Assembly (NCBI RefSeq): GCF_000146505.1
Contig: NC_017448.1
Coordinates: forward strand, 420,001 to 452,000
Reading direction: 5' to 3'
From: Fibrobacter succinogenes subsp. succinogenes S85
GTDB taxonomy: Bacteria > Fibrobacterota > Fibrobacteria > Fibrobacterales > Fibrobacteraceae
DNA length: 32,000 nucleotides
The notes under the pieces are model-generated. The model was not told the origin of the DNA, did no database searches, and saw only the letters and a program-made list of their open reading frames with translations. Positions 1 through 6,947 of the stretch are shown here, in pieces. The position numbers and the translations under genes are program-made. Numbering within the stretch: position 1 is the first letter of the stretch; the number at the start of each line of letters is the position of its first letter.

Positions 1-54
1 ATCACTACAGCCATTGTAAGCCTCCATTGTAAATAAATGTAACAAAATAATTCA

Positions 55-100
55 AGACGAAAGAACGCTTGCAAAGCAAGCTACAGACGAGAGACGAAAG
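55..100 (+). repeat. Heptad/hairpin element copy 1 (AGACGAAAGAACG - CTTGCAAAGCAAG - CTACAGACGAGAGACGAAAG)
   Basis: Read directly from the sequence. It is homologous to 2497..2534 and, in inverted orientation, to 131..174. Confidence 0.85.
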
Positions 101-130
101 TTATAGTTTGGCAGCGAAGCTGCGATTTTT

Positions 131-174
131 TCTACTCTCGTCACTCGTCTACCAGCGAAGCGGTCTCTCGTCTA
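131..174 (-). repeat. Heptad/hairpin element copy 2 (inverted)
   Basis: The reverse complement reads TAGACGAGAGACCGCTTCGCTGGTAGACGAGTGACGAGAGTAGA. It is complementary to copy 1, so the two can form a long imperfect hairpin. Confidence 0.85.
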
Positions 175-275
175 ATTAATTATCAAAATATTACGGTTTT
201 TATCGCAATTATTCGCATAACATTCCCATTTTATGTTATTTTTCTTTGCGTTAAAAACATTAAGTGAGAAAATCT

Positions 276-2492
276 ATGGAATGGAACGATTTCACGAGCC
301 TGACCGCAGAAAACATGCAGGCAATTTGGGACTTCAAGACTAAAGACCCGTTTTCAATTTTAGGTATCCACCCGCTCGAAACCGATCGCGGGATCAAGAC
401 CGTCATCCGCACCTACCAGCCGCAGGCCAGCTTTGTCCGCGGTGAATCGTGCGACGGCACTGAAGAATTTGATTTTGTGAAGCTTGGCGACACAGGATTT
501 TTCGAAGCCATCCTCGACTTGGAATACAAGCCGTTCTTTTACAAGCTCATCATCAAGCAGGGCGACGGCATCGAATACACGCTCGTCGATCCGTATGCAT
601 TCTTGCCGGTCCTCAGCGACTTTGACCGCCACCTGATTGCAACAGGCACGCACTACGAACTTTACCGCAAGCTCGGCGCCAACATCATCGAACACCAGGG
701 ATTCAAGGGCGTTCACTTCGCCGTCTGGGCTCCGAACGCTCGTGCCGTTTCTGTGGTCGGCAACTTCAACAGCTGGGACGGCCGCCGTCACCAGATGCGC
801 ATGCTCGGTGCCTCGGGCATTTGGGAAATCTTCATTCCGAATCTTGGTGAAAACGAACTCTACCGCTTTGAAATTCACGGCGCCGACGGGAACCTCCATG
901 TGAAGGTGGACCCGCTTGCAAAGCTCGCCGAAGTCCGCCCGGCAACAGCCTCCATCACAACACACCTCGACGGTTACGAATGGGGCGATGATCTTTACAT
1001 GAAGACGCACTGGGCCACAAAGGTCTTTGGCGCTCCGATGAACATTTACGAAGTCCACGCCGGTTCCTGGCGTCGCGACCCGGCTAATCCGGACCGTTTC
1101 CTCAACTGGGACGAGCTCTCCGAACGCCTCATCCCGTACCTCAAGGAAATGGGATACACGCACGTGGAATTCTTGCCGCTCGCCGAACACCCGCTCGACG
1201 AATCTTGGGGCTACCAGGTTACCGGTTACTACTCCCCCACGAGCCGCTACGGCACACCGGACCAATTCCGCCACTTTGTGGACCTTTGCCACCAGAACGA
1301 AATCGGCGTGATTTTGGACTGGGTTCCGGCCCACTTCCCGAAGGATGCACACGCTCTCGGACGTTTCGACGGCACTGCCTGCTACGAGCATGCCGACCCG
1401 CGTCAGGGCGAACACCCGCACTGGGGCACATACATCTTTAACCTCGGCCGTAACGAAGTCAAGAACTTCCTCATTGCAAACGCGATGTACTGGCTCAAGG
1501 AATTCCACTGCGACGGTCTCCGCGTCGATGCTGTAGCCTCCATGCTTTACCTCGACTACGGTAAGGGTCCGGGCGAATGGGTGCCAAACAAGGACGGCGG
1601 CAACATCAACTACGATACGCTCGAATTCCTGAAGCACTTGAACAGCATCATGGGTCGCCTGACCCCGCATGCCATCCTCATCGCCGAAGAATCAACAAGC
1701 TTCCCGAGCATCACTCGCCCGCCAGAGCAGGGCGGTCTCGGCTTCCACTACAAGTGGAACATGGGCTGGATGAACGACTTCTTGAGCTACATCCAGCACG
1801 AACCGATCCACCGCAAGTACCACCATAACCAGCTTACGTTCAGCATGGTCTACGCTTATTCTGAAAACTTCATACAAGTTTTCAGCCATGACGAAGTGGT
1901 ACACGGCAAGGGTTCCATGCTCGGCAAGATGCCTGGCGACAACTGGCAGAAGTTTGCAAACCTCCGCCTCACCTACGCTTTCCAGTACGCACACCCGGGC
2001 AAGAAGCTCAACTTCATGGGCAACGAATTCGGTCAGTTCCGCGAATGGAACGAAAAGCGCTCGCTTGACTGGCACTTGGTCAGCTGGGATAGCCACGGCA
2101 AGCTCCTTGAAATGATGAAGGTTCTGAACCACATCTACAAGGAAAATGCTCCGCTATGGGAAATTGACCATTACTACACCGGCTTTGAATGGATCTGGTG
2201 CGACGACGCCGACAATTCCATCGTAAGCTTCGTCCGCAAGGATGACCATGGCAACATGATTCTCTGCGTGTTCAACTTCACGCCGGTTGTCCGTAACGAT
2301 TACCGTCTGGGCGCTCCTGCTCGCGGTGCTTGGAAAGAAATTTTCAACACCGATGCAGCCATGTTCGGCGGCTCCAACGTCGGCAATCTCGGTGAAGTCT
2401 GGACGCAAGATGTTCCATGGCAGAATCGTGAATGGAGCTTGAACATCAAGCTTCCGCCTCTCGCGGCAGTTTACTTCAAACTCGAGAGATAG
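276..2492 (+). CDS. glgB: 1,4-alpha-glucan branching enzyme (GH13)
   Basis: Track ORF 264..2492 (742 aa). It is a full-length GlgB-like protein with a CBM48-type block GVHFAVWAPNARAVSVVGNFNSWDGRRHQM and GH13 blocks DGLRVDAVASMLY, ILIAEEST and FSHDEVVHGK. The GTG at 264 has no obvious SD, so the first ATG at 276 is preferred as the start. Confidence 0.93.
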   Translation: MEWNDFTSLTAENMQAIWDFKTKDPFSILGIHPLETDRGIKTVIRTYQPQASFVRGESCDGTEEFDFVKLGDTGFFEAILDLEYKPFFYKLIIKQGDGIEYTLVDPYAFLPVLSDFDRHLIATGTHYELYRKLGANIIEHQGFKGVHFAVWAPNARAVSVVGNFNSWDGRRHQMRMLGASGIWEIFIPNLGENELYRFEIHGADGNLHVKVDPLAKLAEVRPATASITTHLDGYEWGDDLYMKTHWATKVFGAPMNIYEVHAGSWRRDPANPDRFLNWDELSERLIPYLKEMGYTHVEFLPLAEHPLDESWGYQVTGYYSPTSRYGTPDQFRHFVDLCHQNEIGVILDWVPAHFPKDAHALGRFDGTACYEHADPRQGEHPHWGTYIFNLGRNEVKNFLIANAMYWLKEFHCDGLRVDAVASMLYLDYGKGPGEWVPNKDGGNINYDTLEFLKHLNSIMGRLTPHAILIAEESTSFPSITRPPEQGGLGFHYKWNMGWMNDFLSYIQHEPIHRKYHHNQLTFSMVYAYSENFIQVFSHDEVVHGKGSMLGKMPGDNWQKFANLRLTYAFQYAHPGKKLNFMGNEFGQFREWNEKRSLDWHLVSWDSHGKLLEMMKVLNHIYKENAPLWEIDHYYTGFEWIWCDDADNSIVSFVRKDDHGNMILCVFNFTPVVRNDYRLGAPARGAWKEIFNTDAAMFGGSNVGNLGEVWTQDVPWQNREWSLNIKLPPLAAVYFKLER

Positions 2493-2496
2493 AAAA

Positions 2497-2534
2497 AGAC
2501 GAAAGAACGCTTCGCTACAGACTAAAGACGAAAG
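2497..2534 (+). repeat. Heptad/hairpin element copy 3 (AGACGAAAGAACGCTTCGCTACAGACTAAAGACGAAAG)
   Basis: It starts 5 nt after the glgB stop, in the same orientation and with nearly the same sequence as copy 1, but without the CTTGCAAAGCAAG hairpin. Confidence 0.85.
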
Positions 2535-2572
2535 ATGTTTTAGTAATTCTGAGCGAAGTCGTAAGATTTAAG

Positions 2573-2600
2573 ATCGGTAGCGCTATGCTGCCGATTTTTT
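2573..2600 (+). terminator. Rho-independent terminator for glgB (shared convergent site with the OMP gene)
   Basis: ATCGGTAGC-gctat-GCTGCCGAT (9-bp stem with one G-U) followed by TTTTTT. The T run overlaps the stop codon of the minus-strand OMP gene. Confidence 0.7.
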
Positions 2601-3216
2601 AATTCAATGCCACCGAGAACAAAAGCATCATGGAAGACGAGCGAAATACGCCATCGTCATCGGACCAGTATTCACCCGAATTATAGGCTAGCGACACCCC
2701 AATAGCGGTATGTTCACCAACCCACCAGTCCTTGCCCACTTCAATATCAAAGCTAAGCGCACTGAGCCCCGTATTCCCAGAATATTTATGGCAATTCAGG
2801 TTATAACCCGTCAAGCCCAGTGACCCGCTAATAAACACATTGTTCCACCCGGGTACATAATACGTTGCGCCAACGCCTAAATAAACGGAACTCAGCACGT
2901 AAAAATCGTGATCCATATAAGTCGCAAGCCCATAGCGCGCCTCTTGGAAATTAGAATACATCACGTACCCCAAATTCGCATGCAACGCCAAATCCGGCAC
3001 GACATAAAAACCGAGTTTTCCATGCACCCTTGCACCAAAACCATTGGCAGTCAAGGATTCCTCGCCATCGGCGTTTTCAAAAGACGCATACCCCATTCCC
3101 ATTGACGCATTTGCAAACAGCCCGTCGTGCGTAAACGGAGCAGAAAGCGGTCCGGCCCAAGTTGCCGAAACAGCCACTGACAATGCAAGCAATAATATAG
3201 CGAGAAGACGATCCAT
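2599..3216 (-). CDS. Small outer-membrane beta-barrel protein (hypothetical, OMP_b-brl-like)
   Basis: 205-aa ORF with an N-terminal signal peptide (MDRLLAILLLALSVAVSATWA). The rest is Gly/aromatic-rich with alternating hydrophobic strands (GFYVVPDLALHANLGYVMY, VYLGVGATYYV, AIGVSLAYN). The start lies 2 nt after the stop of the upstream B1 gene (TGA-TT-ATG). Confidence 0.7.
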   Translation of the reverse strand: MDRLLAILLLALSVAVSATWAGPLSAPFTHDGLFANASMGMGYASFENADGEESLTANGFGARVHGKLGFYVVPDLALHANLGYVMYSNFQEARYGLATYMDHDFYVLSSVYLGVGATYYVPGWNNVFISGSLGLTGYNLNCHKYSGNTGLSALSFDIEVGKDWWVGEHTAIGVSLAYNSGEYWSDDDGVFRSSSMMLLFSVALN

Positions 3217-3218
3217 AA

Positions 3219-4802
3219 TCAGTTTTGATACTCTAATTTAGCAAAATCAGAGACTTTCCAAAGCTTGACAACATCACCACGCAACCTAAACCCAAGCGAT
3301 ATATACGGCGAAATTCCTTTGGAATGACCATATTTCGAAGCTTTCATATTATGAAATCCGGCCTTCAAACGAATTGCAATTCGCCCCGTTATTGGATCGC
3401 CCTCAGGCATGGTCTTGCCTTCAAGACTCGGGAAAAGATAATCCACATACGCCCCAAAGCCGTAACGGAAATAACGTTCTTGCCTGTTTTCGCGTTTTTC
3501 TTCACCATCTCTGCGAACCACATAGAAAGCGGTACCCAAATTTGCAAATGCGGCCCCTTCAAAATATTTTGTCCTAAGCACTCTATAACCTAGCAAAGAA
3601 TGTATTCCATAATCAAAAAAGCCGCAGGAATCGCACTTTTCATCCAAGGATCGTGTATTGAATTCAAAAGAGAACAAAACATTATAAATCCTAAAATCTA
3701 AAGCGACATTAAAGAAGAAATATGGTTTGTAATCCGGGAAATCCCCAGCCAAAAACGGAATACCAAAATCGCTACCCAAGCCAAAACTGAAAGAGGACTC
3801 CCCTTCAATCAGGGATTTTAACATTTTTCCTAAAGCAATTGATTTCATCACAGGGCATGCCAAATCTTTATTGACTTCGGGCTTATCTTGCAAATCTTCA
3901 CATTTAAAATTTTCATGATAATCACGTTCTGCAACACGATTCAAAAGCAAATCAAGACCATCTTCGTATCGATACGTACTTTGCCTTACCAAATAATTTG
4001 ATGAAGAATCTTTATTTAAAATAAATTCATAATCACGATTCAAGTATTTCAAAAGAGCTTTTGATCGTGGCGACAAGTCCGCAGAATCCACAAGCTGAAC
4101 AGCAGTTGCATAATCACCATCGTAGACAAGAGATTCTATGCGTTTACGTACTTCAATCGCCGAGTTAGGTTCCACGCCATAATTCAAACGGTATGGGAAA
4201 AATTGTACATTTTCCAAGCTTTGAACATCCAAAAAAGCAACTGATTCAGATACACCTTCCAAAAAGAAAATTCTCTTATTCGGAATTTCTGAATCAAATT
4301 TGGGTACAGCAATCACGCGCAGGATCAATTTAAACGAAGAAGAATCCTTTAAAATATCAGGACCCATGTATGCAAATTGAGTGAAGACCTTTTTTGTTTT
4401 TTCGACAGGCGGATCCACCCAAGTTTTAGTTTCTTTGTCATAAATTTTGTCTACATGAATAATGTTATGGATTAAATAAAAACCATTTGTTTCTTTTTGC
4501 GAGCGCAGTTCAAATGTTTTGCGGACAATCTCGGGCGCTTCGGCCAAATCACGTTGCATTCGGGCCGTTTTCAGTTCAGACCATTCCATAAAAGATTTAT
4601 AGACATCCGGATATTCCTTATCAAAATTGACCCAGGGCAACCTATCCTCGCTGTACACATTACCCGTGATGAGCGAGCCATAATAAGCTACAGGCGCGGT
4701 TTCTAGCTTTTTCGCCACTGTTACCGAATTCACCAACATATCGTCATATGCAAAGCTATAAGACAGCAGCGTCAATACAATTGCAAAAATGTACTTAACC
4801 AT
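3219..4802 (-). CDS. Hypothetical secreted/outer-membrane protein, cassette gene B (copy 1)
   Basis: Track ORF 3219..4838, with the likely start at ATG 4802 (MVKYIFAIVLTLLSYSFA signal peptide). It is a clear paralog of 9786..11390: VAKKLETAPVAYYGSLI/VAQKLQTAPIAYYGSLI, SADLSPRSKALLKYLNRDYEFILNKDSS/SADLSPRSKILMKILNKEYDFIVNEDST, PFLAGDFPDYKP/PFLAGDFPDFDP, RSLDEKCDSCG/RSLDAKCDSCG, ERYFRYGFGAYV/ERYFRYGFGIYV. The C-terminal ~190 aa look like a beta-barrel. Confidence 0.75.
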   Translation of the reverse strand: MVKYIFAIVLTLLSYSFAYDDMLVNSVTVAKKLETAPVAYYGSLITGNVYSEDRLPWVNFDKEYPDVYKSFMEWSELKTARMQRDLAEAPEIVRKTFELRSQKETNGFYLIHNIIHVDKIYDKETKTWVDPPVEKTKKVFTQFAYMGPDILKDSSSFKLILRVIAVPKFDSEIPNKRIFFLEGVSESVAFLDVQSLENVQFFPYRLNYGVEPNSAIEVRKRIESLVYDGDYATAVQLVDSADLSPRSKALLKYLNRDYEFILNKDSSSNYLVRQSTYRYEDGLDLLLNRVAERDYHENFKCEDLQDKPEVNKDLACPVMKSIALGKMLKSLIEGESSFSFGLGSDFGIPFLAGDFPDYKPYFFFNVALDFRIYNVLFSFEFNTRSLDEKCDSCGFFDYGIHSLLGYRVLRTKYFEGAAFANLGTAFYVVRRDGEEKRENRQERYFRYGFGAYVDYLFPSLEGKTMPEGDPITGRIAIRLKAGFHNMKASKYGHSKGISPYISLGFRLRGDVVKLWKVSDFAKLEYQN

Positions 4803-4803
4803 A

Positions 4804-6000
4804 TTAGCGTTCCATGGTATCAGGATAAACAAATTCAACCGGTTTCATAGTCAACACAGGAATAGAAAACTCAATTGACATATAAAACCTAAATCCAGAA
4901 GCATTTACAGTATGATCCCCCCAAATATTTTTTATACCCGATCTGAAACGAAGATAAAACATATCGTACAGGATTCCAGCACCATACACCGGATAAACCT
5001 GATACGAATCCATGCTTGATCTATTTTTATCATCGTTACTTTTATTTTCACCGTAGAAATCGGCTTCAACACCAGTCGTTAAATAACACAACAACGAAAT
5101 ATCCCTAAAGTAATAGCCAACATTTAAGTTCCAGCCCAAATTGGAAAAATGAAGAGTATCACTGGATCGGACATCATTGAAATGCGCGTTGATTTGGCCT
5201 TCAAAACTTACATTGTTCCAATACCAGTTTGTCCCCCCATAAAAACCAAAACCATTCTTAACCTTATCCGAAATATCTCCTAAAAAGGCGACATAGGAAC
5301 CACCTAAGAAAAACGTATATGACTTGAGCGGGTCAACTTCCTTTTTATCCCAATAAGCATCAACTAGATATTCTAACTGTTCTCGTTTTTTCAATTGGAG
5401 TTTGTGTTCTTCAATCAATGATGGAACATCATATTTGTATTTAAAGAAACCCTTTAATACAATACAAATAAAAATCCTGTCACTCTCGTTTTCAACACTT
5501 TTGAGTTTTTCATCAAGTATTCCAGATTCAATTTCTGCTTTCAATTTTTCCTTAAAGGTTTTATGGAACGTATCGTAAACATAATCCGGCCTTGCATTAT
5601 AACGCGATACAAATTGAACATCACTAAGCGATTCAAAATCGCCTAAAAAGTATTTCAAGAGAAGTTTTTCGCTATCATGAATTATAAAATAAGTAGACGT
5701 CTTTTCATACGACTCAGCAACATCAACCAGTTTCTTTAAACGTACAAGGTTATCATCTTGCAAAGCTTTTCTCATCGCATTGCGAAGATACTTGACCTGG
5801 TCAAACTCTTGCCGAAGCATTTCTGATTCGCTGAATTTTTCAACGAGGCTCAACGAATCTATAGATTTAGTCTCTTCATAATCATGAACAAACAAGTTCA
5901 TCACAGAATCGCGCGAAGTCGATGCCTCGGCAAATGCATTACATACAAAAAACAGCGACAAAGCACTCAAAAAAGCAAAACATTTTACACAAACTCGCAT
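4804..6000 (-). CDS. Hypothetical secreted/outer-membrane protein, cassette gene A (copy 1)
   Basis: Track ORF 4804..6195 overlaps the xerD 3' end. The realistic start is ATG 6000 (MRVCVKCFAFLSALSLFFVCNAFA signal peptide), 34 nt after the xerD stop. It is a paralog of 11387..12646: DSVMNLFVHD/DSVMYLFVQN, LLLKYFLGDFESLSDV/LVIKYFLKDFEFLSQV, ESDRIFICIVLKGFFKYKYDVPSLIEEHKLQL/ESDRAFIYIVLNSMFRYKEDVSSMIENYKYQL. The stop TAA is 1 nt from the B1 ATG. Confidence 0.75.
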   Translation of the reverse strand: MRVCVKCFAFLSALSLFFVCNAFAEASTSRDSVMNLFVHDYEETKSIDSLSLVEKFSESEMLRQEFDQVKYLRNAMRKALQDDNLVRLKKLVDVAESYEKTSTYFIIHDSEKLLLKYFLGDFESLSDVQFVSRYNARPDYVYDTFHKTFKEKLKAEIESGILDEKLKSVENESDRIFICIVLKGFFKYKYDVPSLIEEHKLQLKKREQLEYLVDAYWDKKEVDPLKSYTFFLGGSYVAFLGDISDKVKNGFGFYGGTNWYWNNVSFEGQINAHFNDVRSSDTLHFSNLGWNLNVGYYFRDISLLCYLTTGVEADFYGENKSNDDKNRSSMDSYQVYPVYGAGILYDMFYLRFRSGIKNIWGDHTVNASGFRFYMSIEFSIPVLTMKPVEFVYPDTMER

Positions 6001-6034
6001 ACGATAAATATACAAAGTTTTAGTAAAAAGTAGC

Positions 6035-6928
6035 CTACTTCCCGCCCATCTCCCTCGGATGGAAACTGCGATGTTCTTGCTTGATAAAGTCTTTATCGAC
6101 GTGCGTGTAAATTTGCGTAGTGCTGATATCCGCATGGCCGAGCAGCTCTTGCAATACACGCAAGTCCATACCCGCCTCCAGGCAGTGCGTAGCAAAGCTA
6201 TGGCGGAACGTATGCGGCGAAACCTGTTTGCTCAAGTGCATCGTATGCAGTTGCACAATTTTCCAGGCGCCCATACGGCTCATCGGCTTACCATGCGCAT
6301 TCAGGATGATATTGTCCGTTGTCGGATGCGTTAAAGGGCGCCCTTCTTCAATCCAGGCGCGGAGATTTTCCTTTGCCTTGCTCCCAAGCGGTACAAGACG
6401 CTGCTTATTGCCCTTGCCAATCGGCATGAGCCATTCATTTTCAAGGTCAATTTGCGAAAGCTTGATGCCAAGCGCTTCCGAAATACGAAGCCCGCCACTG
6501 TACATGAGCTCAATCAAAGCCGTATCACGGAGCGGATTCTTACCGTTCGCTGCACTCTCAAAAACGCTGTCGATTTCTTCACGGGTCAGGTACTGCGGCA
6601 GGTAATGGCCAAGCTTTGGCGTTGCAAGCATCGATTCCGTGCTGTAATCGTACTCGCCCTGGATCTGCATGTACTTGAGGAACCCGCGCAAGCTCGAAAA
6701 ATGCCTCGCAACCGATGTCGGGGAATACTCTTCTTGCCCCGCCGTAAGCGTCAAGAATTCGTCCAGCTTTTCGGGCTGCAAGTCCTTAAGATCAATACCG
6801 TTCTCGTCAAGCCAGGCGATAAAATGCCTCAAATCCTCCTGATAGCTTTGAATCGTCACCGGGGATAGATTCCGTTCTACCCCGAGGTGCGAAAGAAAAG
6901 CGTCCAGACGGTTGGAGTTGAGGCTCAT
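6035..6928 (-). CDS. xerD: Tyrosine site-specific recombinase XerD
   Basis: 297 aa. It has an SAM-like N-terminal domain (LDAFLSHLGVERNLSPVTIQSYQEDLRHF) and catalytic blocks LMYSGGLRISE, GKGNKQRLVPLG, HTFRHSFATH and LLGHADISTTQIYTHV. GKGNK is typical of XerD rather than XerC. Confidence 0.9.
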   Translation of the reverse strand: MSLNSNRLDAFLSHLGVERNLSPVTIQSYQEDLRHFIAWLDENGIDLKDLQPEKLDEFLTLTAGQEEYSPTSVARHFSSLRGFLKYMQIQGEYDYSTESMLATPKLGHYLPQYLTREEIDSVFESAANGKNPLRDTALIELMYSGGLRISEALGIKLSQIDLENEWLMPIGKGNKQRLVPLGSKAKENLRAWIEEGRPLTHPTTDNIILNAHGKPMSRMGAWKIVQLHTMHLSKQVSPHTFRHSFATHCLEAGMDLRVLQELLGHADISTTQIYTHVDKDFIKQEHRSFHPREMGGK

Positions 6929-6947
6929 TTTAGCACGCTATGTAAAT

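Noticed and set aside
1-27. A possible 5' end of a minus-strand gene (ATGGAGGCTTACAATGGCTGTAGTGAT read from position 27 to 1).
   Set aside because: Only nine codons are visible and there is no RBS, so it cannot be supported from this window.
360-1670. Long antisense ORFs opposite glgB (360..1670). The same kind occur opposite the lipoprotein gene (7071..8285), yicC (18933..19844), ddh (28068..29198), mtaD (20041..20640, 20731..21321), the MurC-like gene (22114..22920) and the DsbA-like gene (16231..16746).
   Set aside because: All lie fully inside confidently identified genes on the other strand and show no family motifs. They are shadow ORFs.
6001-6195. The N-terminal 65 codons of track ORF 4804..6195, which overlap the 3' end of xerD.
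   Set aside because: The extension has no signal peptide and overlaps xerD by 160 nt. The internal ATG at 6000 yields a canonical signal peptide and aligns with the paralog A2. The extension is non-coding or belongs to xerD.
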